From the sequence record LR745208.1: a DNA stretch of 64,000 bases; one strand, given 5' to 3'. The translations under genes were made by a program, and so were the position numbers. The notes under the pieces were generated by a model that worked only from the letters and a program-made list of their open reading frames with translations, was not told where the DNA came from and did no database searches. Numbering within the stretch: position 1 is the stretch's first letter; every line of letters starts with the position of its first letter. Positions 20,636 through 28,480 of this stretch are shown here, piece by piece.

Positions 20636-21526
20636 CTAACCGAGGGCACACCAATCCTCTTCTCCATTCGGAGCATCGTCCAAAAGGACCGGGAAGCTGG
20701 GGTTGGGGCCCGTGACCCTTGGACGAGACATGTCGAAATCCCCATTGGATAGGCGGGGGTAGAACACCTCGTCAATCATCGAAACTATTGTTGCGACATT
20801 ATGGCTCAAAGCGTGCTGGTCAGGCACCCAAATCAGCCCCGGAACCGACCCCCCCACCGCTTGGGGTAGAGTCTCTTCCATTTCTTGCTTGAGCTGTTCC
20901 CTAAGGTCCATAAGTTTGAGAATTCTCGCTTCTCCGTCATTTCTCAGGGTTTTTATTTCCTTGGACACCCAAACCCTGGTGGCGTTGATGGTCCTAGACA
21001 TCTCCGCTGCCTCTGCGGCATAGCTGGTTGTGTTCCCAAATCGCCTTGGCGGGTACCGGAGCAAATTAAGCCATCCTCCAGTATAAGTCCCACCTGCCGA
21101 AGGGTCTGCCGTCTGTGAGGAAGCAATGCCCCCATAGGGCTGTGTCTCGACTACCTGTGTGGGGGAGGTTTCCCCATTCTCAGGGTCCCCCGGTGGGGCA
21201 TCAGGGGCATCGACGATTTGGACTGAGTCGGGCTGCAAAAATAGAGAAATGTCGAACAAGTTCCCACCCATAGCCACATATGCCTGACACAGTTTCTCCA
21301 AACTGGTATTCGGCGACACATCGATACCAATTCGACGTTCACTCATTGGTGAGGTTGGATTGTTGGGGTCACGTCGGGCGTACAAAACCCTTACCAGACC
21401 GATCCTATGTAACTCTGCGGAAATAGTGGTGATCCGAGCCAGGACATCGCGTCTTTGGTTCAAAATAAATGCCCGAAAATCCCGGTAGGCACCCTGACGA
21501 AAATAGCCACCTACTGAAAAGCTCAT
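20636..21526 (-). CDS. Hypothetical protein, 296 aa (possibly virion-associated)
   Basis: Clean ORF co-oriented with the structural operon; ATGA overlap with the GIY-YIG gene. Confidence 0.6.
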   Translation of the reverse strand: MSFSVGGYFRQGAYRDFRAFILNQRRDVLARITTISAELHRIGLVRVLYARRDPNNPTSPMSERRIGIDVSPNTSLEKLCQAYVAMGGNLFDISLFLQPDSVQIVDAPDAPPGDPENGETSPTQVVETQPYGGIASSQTADPSAGGTYTGGWLNLLRYPPRRFGNTTSYAAEAAEMSRTINATRVWVSKEIKTLRNDGEARILKLMDLREQLKQEMEETLPQAVGGSVPGLIWVPDQHALSHNVATIVSMIDEVFYPRLSNGDFDMSRPRVTGPNPSFPVLLDDAPNGEEDWCALG

Positions 21527-22461
21527 TGGCCCCCCTCCTCTTTCTGGGTCCTTAGAGCCGCCCGTGCCTCCCTAGCCTTCCTTCGACCTTCCTTCATTTT
21601 TGCCCTGGCTTCCGGACCACGCTTCTTACCCAAGTGGGATTGCCGAACCTTTTCAATGTGCTCAGGGGTATGCACGCTACCTGAATGGGTCTGTCGAAGT
21701 ATTTCTATATGCTCCGGGGTCAGTTTTTTTCCTTGCTGCGCTGTACTAGCGGCTTCTCGCATTTCAGGAGTCCAAACTCTTTCTCGATTCGAGCGTCTTG
21801 TTCCCTCTAGTTCCTGAGGGGTCTTTTGACGATTATGGTGGGCAATAGCGGCTGCGGCATGTGCCTGAGGGGAGGGGTTGACCCCCTTCTTAGCAGCACT
21901 CATCTTCGCCCGTGTCTCAAGGGATCTCACAGACCCTAGATTCGCAGTGCTAATCTTTGCTTTCTCCTCCTCCGTCATTGCCCGTCCCGTACCTATAACT
22001 CCAGCCTTCAGGATGTTTGCAATGTGCTCGGGGGTAAGTCTTTTTCCAGTGTGAGAGGCACTCATTTTTGCCTTACTTTCTGGAGCATGCTTACCTCTGG
22101 ACCCGCCTTCAGTCAGATTATAGCCCCGAGGTGCTCGACACTCCAGGGTCTTAATTAGGTTGATTTCCAAATCATTCAAAGCGTCCTGGTTTTGCGCCTG
22201 AGCCACAGTCTCAATTGCAAAATTCCCCACGCCATACTTCCGAATTGCTTTGCTCAACAGGTGCCCACGTCCTGCCAGAGCCTCACTCTGATGGTCGTAC
22301 CACCTGTTTGCTACCCCCATGGTTGTCTGCCCAACATAGATTTTCCCATTCACTATACAAGTCACCTTGTAGATCTCCCCATAAGGTTTTGCATTCCCGG
22401 CAGCATCCTCCCTAAGCCCCAGAAGCCCCTCAACGCCCCCTTCCTCCTTGGCCCCACTCAT
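21523..22461 (-). CDS. Free-standing GIY-YIG homing endonuclease with NUMOD3-type repeats
   Basis: GEIYKVTCIVNGKIYVGQT; repeated H-x-PE-x-x-x-K-MS-x-x-x-x-G units in the C-terminal half. Confidence 0.9.
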   Translation of the reverse strand: MSGAKEEGGVEGLLGLREDAAGNAKPYGEIYKVTCIVNGKIYVGQTTMGVANRWYDHQSEALAGRGHLLSKAIRKYGVGNFAIETVAQAQNQDALNDLEINLIKTLECRAPRGYNLTEGGSRGKHAPESKAKMSASHTGKRLTPEHIANILKAGVIGTGRAMTEEEKAKISTANLGSVRSLETRAKMSAAKKGVNPSPQAHAAAAIAHHNRQKTPQELEGTRRSNRERVWTPEMREAASTAQQGKKLTPEHIEILRQTHSGSVHTPEHIEKVRQSHLGKKRGPEARAKMKEGRRKAREARAALRTQKEEGGQ

Positions 22462-22649
22462 CGCCCGGCCCCCACTGAAGGGGCTGTGATAGGCGTCACA
22501 GCGATTAAGGCATCCGCCTCCATACGATCTACAATCAGGTTACGGATAACCTGAGCGACAGAGCAATGGCGTCGAACTGCCTCTTGCTCTATCCATTCTT
22601 GAAGTGCGGGACCCAAATAGGTCCTGGTGGCGTGTTTCTCAGTGGTCAA
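22458..22649 (-). CDS. Ribbon-helix-helix (CopG-like) small DNA-binding protein
   Basis: TRTYLGPALQEWIEQEAVRRHCSVAQVIRNLI fits the RHH pattern; start refined to TTG 22649 by SD GAGGAG (track start 22724). Confidence 0.6.
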   Translation of the reverse strand: MTTEKHATRTYLGPALQEWIEQEAVRRHCSVAQVIRNLIVDRMEADALIAVTPITAPSVGAGR

Positions 22650-22744
22650 AAGTCGGTCTCCTCTATACCTAAGGGAGCCATATAGTGAGACCACCGAGGA
22701 AATTCGTTTGCTCCCGCCTCCCAAATAGGCGTAAGGTACCCATC

Positions 22745-23335
22745 ATGGCCGACGACCCACCCCAACCCCCCAACCCCACTTTCACACATGTGGTCAGTGA
22801 CCTACATCTCGCACATGTGAGGATCATCATCTATGAGCCCATGCGTCAGGCTTGGGGGGTGGACTCGGATGCCATGACCGAGACTATGATCCAGGCTTGG
22901 TCTAATATAGTGAAGCCAGAGGATCATGTCTTGAACCTTGGAGACTTCATGCTTGGCCCAAAGGTCAAGTGGCCCGAATATCGGCTACGCTTGAACGGGC
23001 AGGTCACGATTGTGAAGGGCAACCATGACCCCATCAAACAGGAACATTGGGACCTGATGGCCCCCCTCAACATCCACGAGACCCTCACCTTCATGGATCC
23101 TGTTCTCGGGGTGGTGGTCTGTAGGCATGACCCCCACAAGTTCACCCCGGAGGACATCGCCAAGGCGGACCTGTTACTCCATGGGCATCTCCACTCGAAC
23201 CAGCACCACCTGCCAGCCAGAGAAGAGATCCGGGCCAAGTGTGTCTGTGTGAGCATCGAGCAACTCCCCACAGCACCTGCCCCGATGCCCTGGGGGCAGT
23301 TCCAGGAGTGGGCAAGACAGAAGCTTGGACGATGA
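22745..23335 (+). CDS. Calcineurin-like metallophosphoesterase
   Basis: VSDLH, NLGDF, KGNHD, HGHLH motifs; ATG 22745 after TAAGG (track start 22685). Confidence 0.88.
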   Translation: MADDPPQPPNPTFTHVVSDLHLAHVRIIIYEPMRQAWGVDSDAMTETMIQAWSNIVKPEDHVLNLGDFMLGPKVKWPEYRLRLNGQVTIVKGNHDPIKQEHWDLMAPLNIHETLTFMDPVLGVVVCRHDPHKFTPEDIAKADLLLHGHLHSNQHHLPAREEIRAKCVCVSIEQLPTAPAPMPWGQFQEWARQKLGR

Positions 23336-23391
23336 CTAGGTTATCGTCCACCTAAGAGCTCCCCTACCCCTCGAACAAGTATCAGTCCTGC

Positions 23392-23706
23392 ATGCCCTCC
23401 AACACGCCTAATAACTTCAATGACGCTTTTCTTGAGTCTCGCCACGTAATTTCGTGGGGTCGTTTTCAGATGCACACAAGTGGGTCTCTGTACGAAAATG
23501 GGGACACCTGGGTCGCAGACCTCAAAGGGCATCTGCTCGTAGAGGCTGCCCAACTCCTCACTGGTGCCCGCGGGTTCAAGGAACTCAGCGGGAGGAAAGA
23601 GGATTCCATCAAACTGGTCCACAAGGACCTGTTCCTCAAGGCGGAGATTGAAGGATTCAAGGCCGGTTCAGACTACCGGACCCGCGTGAAGATCAGTCCT
23701 AAGTAG
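23392..23706 (+). CDS. Hypothetical protein, 104 aa
   Basis: Fits the plus-strand cluster; protein-like composition; preferred over the overlapping minus ORF. Confidence 0.5.
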   Translation: MPSNTPNNFNDAFLESRHVISWGRFQMHTSGSLYENGDTWVADLKGHLLVEAAQLLTGARGFKELSGRKEDSIKLVHKDLFLKAEIEGFKAGSDYRTRVKISPK

Positions 23707-23768
23707 ATCCGCTTTCCTCATTATAGGTATCGCCCATTACCACCTGTAAAGTACAGTCGGTAAGAGAA

Positions 23769-24551
23769 GTGGTTATGAGGAAATCCAAAGTAGTAGTGGG
23801 GACAATTTGGGGTAAGTGGACAGTTATCGAGGAGCTACCACGAGTTGACACACCATCAGGCCGTCAGAGGCCCAAAGTAAAAGTCCGTTGTGCATGTGGT
23901 AAGGAATCCGAGCTTCAAAGTACTGGCCTCACTAGTGGGACCAGCACGGGATGTAGAAATTGTGCGAAAAGAGCCGCGACCGTTGGCGACAGGTTCGACA
24001 AACTAGTGGTCCAGGGATATGAAAAGGTTAGAGGAAAATCCATGATTGCTTGCCTATGTGATTGTGGGAACCGAGTTATGATTCGCATAGGACAATTACG
24101 GACCAACCAAACCAATCACTGTGGTTGTGCACATATTGGGTCATGGGCAGGTGTCGGGGAGCTGTCCAAAACCGTGTTTAACCACATTCGCCACAATGCC
24201 AAAGTCAGAAATCTAGAGTTTAGGATCACCTGTGAGGAAGCATGGGCTCTGTATGAAACCCAGGGACGGATATGTGCCCTAAGTGGTCTTCCGCTAGCTT
24301 TTGACTTCGGATCTGGTAGAAACACTGCATCCCTAGATAGAAAAAACCCCTCCAAAGGATACACCCTGGACAACGTCCAATGGGTACATAGGGAGGTAAA
24401 CCTAACAAAATGGGACTTCACGGATGATGAATATATCACGATGTGTCGCCTCGTAACGGATCACCAAGCAGGACTCGTGGCTCAAAAGCGTAACAGCTCC
24501 CATGAGCTCCAAGAAGTCCCCGCAACCCACATCCCTCCCCTGGCTACGTGA
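23769..24551 (+). CDS. His-Me finger (HNH-like) endonuclease with repeated CxCG DNA-binding modules
   Basis: RCACG, CLCDCG, HCGC; CALSGLP...ASLDRKNPSKGYTLDNVQWVHREVN. Confidence 0.8.
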   Translation: MVMRKSKVVVGTIWGKWTVIEELPRVDTPSGRQRPKVKVRCACGKESELQSTGLTSGTSTGCRNCAKRAATVGDRFDKLVVQGYEKVRGKSMIACLCDCGNRVMIRIGQLRTNQTNHCGCAHIGSWAGVGELSKTVFNHIRHNAKVRNLEFRITCEEAWALYETQGRICALSGLPLAFDFGSGRNTASLDRKNPSKGYTLDNVQWVHREVNLTKWDFTDDEYITMCRLVTDHQAGLVAQKRNSSHELQEVPATHIPPLAT

Positions 24552-25674
24552 ACGAACAATTCTCCTGACAGTGGCTGGCTCCCGATCCTACGGCACACAT
24601 AACCCTGAAACCTCGGACTTGGATGTCAAAGGTATCTGTATTCCTCCCAAAGAGTACCTCTATGGGTTCCTCAAGCACTTTGAGCAGGCAGACAAGCCCG
24701 GCCATATGCTCCCGTTCATGAATCTCCTGTCCCCAGAACTCACGGGTGTTGTCCAGCGAACTAAGATGGAGGGGTCCATATATAGCCTCCAGAAATTCAT
24801 GGCTCTGGCCGCAGACAACAACCCAAATGTTTTGGAGTGCCTCTTTGTTGAAGAAGCAGATGTCCTGTTGTGCACCCCAGCGGGTCAGAAACTCCGAGAC
24901 AACCGTAACCTGTTCCTAAGTCAAGCAGCCAAGCACAGGTTCTCCGGATATGCATTGCGGCAATTGGCCCGGATAAAATCCCATCGGCACTGGTTGCTAA
25001 ACCCTATGACGGAGCAACCAACCCGAGCGCAATTCGGCCTCAAGCCACAGATGGAGGTTGACAAAAACCAACTCCTCGCTGTACAGGCAGAGGTGTCCAA
25101 GCAATTGGACCGCTGGCACGAAGGGAATATTGAGGACCTTGAGGAGTCCACCAAAATCCGAGTTCGGGAGGGGTTCTCCCAGCTCCTCGCCGAACTGAAG
25201 ATAGCCTCGGATACCCGGTACACGTCCGCAGCCCGCTCTTTGGGGTTCGAGGAGAACTTCATTCATTACCTCCAAAAGGAACGAGAGTTCTCCACTGCAA
25301 CACAGCATTGGAACCAGTACCTGACCTGGAAGTCCGAACGGAATGAGGAACGTGCCAAACTGGAGGCCAAGTATGGGTTTGATACCAAATTTGGGTCTCA
25401 ACTCGTTCGGCTATTGAGGATGTGTCGGGAAATCCTTACGGAGGGAGTCGTGAGGGTAAAGCGTCCGGATGCTGCCGAGATCCTCGCTGTCCGCAATGGG
25501 GCGTGGAGTTATGAAAAGTTGCTTGCCTTCGCGGAACAGCAAAATGCGGAGTTGGAAACACTGTTAGCCACGTCCCCACTTCCCCGGAGTTCCGACCGAA
25601 AGGCCCTTGATGAACTCTGTCAAGAACTCGTGGAGGCCAGCTTTTCAGGACCCACTAATGGGGTTATTGACTAG
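24502..25674 (+). CDS. Predicted nucleotidyltransferase (Pol-beta superfamily, RlaP/Nuc-transf-like)
   Basis: VAGSRSYGTHNPETSDLDVKG (GS...DxD), KFMALAADNNPNVLE, FSGYA, LVRLLRM. Confidence 0.88.
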   Translation: MSSKKSPQPTSLPWLRERTILLTVAGSRSYGTHNPETSDLDVKGICIPPKEYLYGFLKHFEQADKPGHMLPFMNLLSPELTGVVQRTKMEGSIYSLQKFMALAADNNPNVLECLFVEEADVLLCTPAGQKLRDNRNLFLSQAAKHRFSGYALRQLARIKSHRHWLLNPMTEQPTRAQFGLKPQMEVDKNQLLAVQAEVSKQLDRWHEGNIEDLEESTKIRVREGFSQLLAELKIASDTRYTSAARSLGFEENFIHYLQKEREFSTATQHWNQYLTWKSERNEERAKLEAKYGFDTKFGSQLVRLLRMCREILTEGVVRVKRPDAAEILAVRNGAWSYEKLLAFAEQQNAELETLLATSPLPRSSDRKALDELCQELVEASFSGPTNGVID

Positions 25675-25702
25675 CCCTTTGTAGGACACAGGAGAAAAAG
25701 AT

Positions 25703-26443
25703 ATGGCCCAGAGCACACCCACTGAAATTGGTGACCAATTCACCTCTCTGGAAGTCATTGGACTCCTACCCCCCCATTTTGAACCCTCTGGACACAAGAG
25801 ACAGAAGGTACGTGTCCGGTGTGCCTGCGGACAAGAATTCGATATCTTGGCATATAGCCTGACCCGGGGTAATACAACCCAGTGTAGGCAATGTAGCTAT
25901 CTTGACATGCAGAAATGGAAAATTGGGGAAAGGTATGATAAGTTGGTGATTCAGGAATTCATGTACCTGGATGGTAGTCACCGTATGGCCATATGCCAAT
26001 GTGATTGTGGTAATAAGATCACCCTACGTGCCTCGTCCTTGACCAAAAACATGACAAACAATTGCGGGTGTGCCCATACTGGGTCATGGACAGGTACTGG
26101 AGAACTGGCTACCATGGTATTCAACCGCATCCGACAGAGCGCCCAAATCAGGGGTATAGGATTTAGCATCACATGTGAAGAAGTGTGGGCACTCTACGAA
26201 AACCAGGGAAGAAAATGTGCACTGAGCGGGCTCCCCATAGGATTCAGCCCGAGGGCTCATGGAAACCATACGGCATCCCTGGATCGTAAAGACTCGTCCA
26301 AGGGGTATGAAGAAGGCAACCTTCAATGGGTCCACAAGAATGTGAACCAAATGAAAATGGACCTCCCCAATGAGGAATATATCACCCTTTGTAAAACTGT
26401 GTCCGAGCACCAGGAACTCGTTGCTGGGAGCTTCAAGCCATGA
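25703..26443 (+). CDS. His-Me finger (HNH-like) endonuclease, paralogue of 23769..24551
   Basis: RCACG, CQCDCG, NCGC; CALSGLP...ASLDRKDSSKGYEEGNLQWVHKNVN. Confidence 0.8.
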   Translation: MAQSTPTEIGDQFTSLEVIGLLPPHFEPSGHKRQKVRVRCACGQEFDILAYSLTRGNTTQCRQCSYLDMQKWKIGERYDKLVIQEFMYLDGSHRMAICQCDCGNKITLRASSLTKNMTNNCGCAHTGSWTGTGELATMVFNRIRQSAQIRGIGFSITCEEVWALYENQGRKCALSGLPIGFSPRAHGNHTASLDRKDSSKGYEEGNLQWVHKNVNQMKMDLPNEEYITLCKTVSEHQELVAGSFKP

Positions 26444-26670
26444 CCAAGGTAGAGCAGATCGACAAGGATTGGGTACGTCAGCGAGTCTTCGATATCACGA
26501 AGGTATCGAATGACTCCGAGCGCGCCCATGTCGCCGAGGACATCCTCTACCGGGACATCCTCAGAGCCATTGCTGAGGGGCGATGCGCAGACCCCACCAT
26601 GTGTGCCACGGAAGCCCTCAAGGCCTGCCTGATTGAGTTCAGGCGGGCCTATGGGGGATCTTCCTACTAG
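26440..26670 (+). CDS. Small hypothetical protein, 76 aa
   Basis: ATGA overlap with the upstream gene; helical composition. Confidence 0.6.
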   Translation: MTKVEQIDKDWVRQRVFDITKVSNDSERAHVAEDILYRDILRAIAEGRCADPTMCATEALKACLIEFRRAYGGSSY

Positions 26671-26677
26671 CTAGGCC

Positions 26678-27658
26678 CTAGCTAACCGAGGCTGCCCCAA
26701 AGAAGGGGTCAATCCAATTCTTGCCTAGGACATTAGCGATCTCACGACCGAGCATCTCTGGGGACTTTGACATCCAACCGGATGGTAGGCCAAAATCCTT
26801 CTGCATCCTCTTCCCATTCGGAAGGTTCATGTTCAGGTGGACGTTGCCCTTCTGAAGGTCAAACTGGTCTATCTCAAGCACAACCAGGATGAAGCCCATC
26901 TTGCCTGAATCATCCCCCTGCCAAGCAATATCCCCCTCGAATGCCGCACTGTTGCGCATGGTGGTGGAGGGCTCCCGGAAGGTAATGGAGTCCTTGAACT
27001 CCTTGTCCAGGGCATCCCTGACTTCCTTGGCAATCGCCACCATCCCCATCTCGATGTGGCTCTCAATGGACCCCTTGGCCCCAGCAGACTTCTCGAATGC
27101 CGCCCTAAGTCCCACTATTGGTCCCTGCCAACTTTTCAAACGCGGAACCCCAAGCCCCTCTGGACCAAGCTTCTTCCAAGCGGTGAACACCAGAGTCTCA
27201 GTCTCTTTTGGCAACTCTGACTTAGGACTGTATCCGTGTTTGCTTGCGTTCCCCAAGGTATTTAGCTTAGCTCTCCAATGCTTACCCCACTTCTTCTGAG
27301 CCACCTTCAAGGCACCGATCTCGGCATCCGTAAGAAGGTCGGACTCCCAAATCTCATCGTCAGTCAAAACCTCAGATGCCAGCTTGATTTTCTTTAGTCC
27401 TGAGGGACCAATCTTGTTTCTGATGGACTGCAATTGAGCCGTGATGTCCCCCTCGAAGCCCGGATACTTGCTGGACGGCCACTGATCCATCAGCCAGCCC
27501 TTCCAATTACGTCCCTTGGCCTTTGCAACTGCCTTCAGGGCGTCCATCTCGGCATCGTTGAGGGAAGGCTCCGCCGCTTCCTTGATCAGGGGGAGCAACT
27601 GTGCCCGGAACTGGGGGTTCTCATGGGCAATACGGATGAGCTTGGAGCGAAGCGTCAT
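26678..27658 (-). CDS. Modular protein (about 326 aa) with leader MTLRSKLIRIAHENPQFRAQLLPL and two tandem homologous domains; possible capsid-internal protein
   Basis: Start refined to ATG 27658, which removes the overlap with the upstream gene (TAAGGA upstream); internal duplication L-x-DAE-x-x-ALK...G-x-x-W; K-x-A linkers. Confidence 0.65.
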   Translation of the reverse strand: MTLRSKLIRIAHENPQFRAQLLPLIKEAAEPSLNDAEMDALKAVAKAKGRNWKGWLMDQWPSSKYPGFEGDITAQLQSIRNKIGPSGLKKIKLASEVLTDDEIWESDLLTDAEIGALKVAQKKWGKHWRAKLNTLGNASKHGYSPKSELPKETETLVFTAWKKLGPEGLGVPRLKSWQGPIVGLRAAFEKSAGAKGSIESHIEMGMVAIAKEVRDALDKEFKDSITFREPSTTMRNSAAFEGDIAWQGDDSGKMGFILVVLEIDQFDLQKGNVHLNMNLPNGKRMQKDFGLPSGWMSKSPEMLGREIANVLGKNWIDPFFGAASVS

Positions 27659-27707
27659 TGGAGTAGGTTCCTTAGTGGTGGGAGGGGATAGGGAGGCTAA
27701 CGTATTT

Positions 27708-28265
27708 TCAGTAGGAAAGGAATGTCCGGGTCTTCCCATAGGGGCCCTTCTCGGTCCCAATATTGGCTCCCTTGGTCTTCCGGAGGAAATCCCAGGCTGC
27801 CTGGGCCTCTTTGGACTGGAGTCCAGAGGCATAGAGTTTCATGCCCTTCTGGGACAGGTAATGAGCCCCATAGTCGTAGAGGGCGGTCGCCACCCCCCGG
27901 CGTTGGTACTCATCACCTACCCGAATGAAGTCCACTATAGGCTTATCGACCATGAATGCCTTGAAAGCCTTGAATCCCCTGCCATATTTCTCCACAAGAG
28001 GGGCCTCAAGATCCTTCCTCAGAGATTTCAACTCCGTGACGGACAGGTCATCGATCTTGGGGTCCTCAGGGCCCGTCAGGCCAACACCACCAGCCCCGGG
28101 GTAACGATCATGGTAGTCCAATAGAGCCCTGACACGGGTCCTCAAGTCGCTCAAGTCTTTGTATTTACTGTATTTGGTGAAGGCACCAATCCCATTGATC
28201 TCCCCGAGATATTCCAGGATGCTGGGATAGTACCTCTTGAACCTCTCGACTGGGATGTAACTCAT
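27708..28265 (-). CDS. GNAT acetyltransferase domain; C-terminal part of the gene split by the 127-bp duplication
   Basis: VDFIRVGDEYQRRGVATALY (GNAT motif A); its first 14 aa are identical to residues near the end of the 560-aa ORF. Confidence 0.75.
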   Translation of the reverse strand: MSYIPVERFKRYYPSILEYLGEINGIGAFTKYSKYKDLSDLRTRVRALLDYHDRYPGAGGVGLTGPEDPKIDDLSVTELKSLRKDLEAPLVEKYGRGFKAFKAFMVDKPIVDFIRVGDEYQRRGVATALYDYGAHYLSQKGMKLYASGLQSKEAQAAWDFLRKTKGANIGTEKGPYGKTRTFLSY

Positions 28266-28480
28266 ATTGAGGTATCCGACGGGCTTGCCTCCCAGGAATG
28301 CCTCAACCTTATCTACCTGCCATCCACGGTTGTTATCCCCCTCATTGTCTGGGATAGTACCTCTTGAACCTCTCGACTGGGATGTAACTCATATTGAGGT
28401 ATCCGACGGGCTTGCCTCCCAGGAATGCCTCAACCTTATCTACCTGCCATCCACGGTTGTTATCCCCCTCATTGTCTGGG
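28222..28480. repeat. Exact 127-bp tandem duplication (2 x 127 + 5 bp CTGGG)
   Basis: CTGGGATAGTACCTC...CTCATTGT starts at 28222 and 28349; CTGGG recurs at 28476. Confidence 0.97.

Noticed and set aside
21523-22461. Group I intron hosting the GIY-YIG gene
   Set aside because: The gene overlaps both neighbours by ATGA and no flanking gene appears interrupted.
23341-23622. Minus-strand 93-aa ORF
   Set aside because: It overlaps the plus-strand 104-aa ORF, which fits the plus-strand island better; treated as a shadow ORF, though not certain.
27659-27832. 58-aa N-terminal extension of the 384-aa track ORF
   Set aside because: Pro/Arg-rich, overlaps the GNAT ORF; the internal ATG 27658 has an SD and starts a coherent leader.
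28222-28480. 127-bp repeat as a CRISPR array or attachment site
   Set aside because: Only two directly adjacent copies, no spacers, inside a coding region; no cas or integrase gene in the window.
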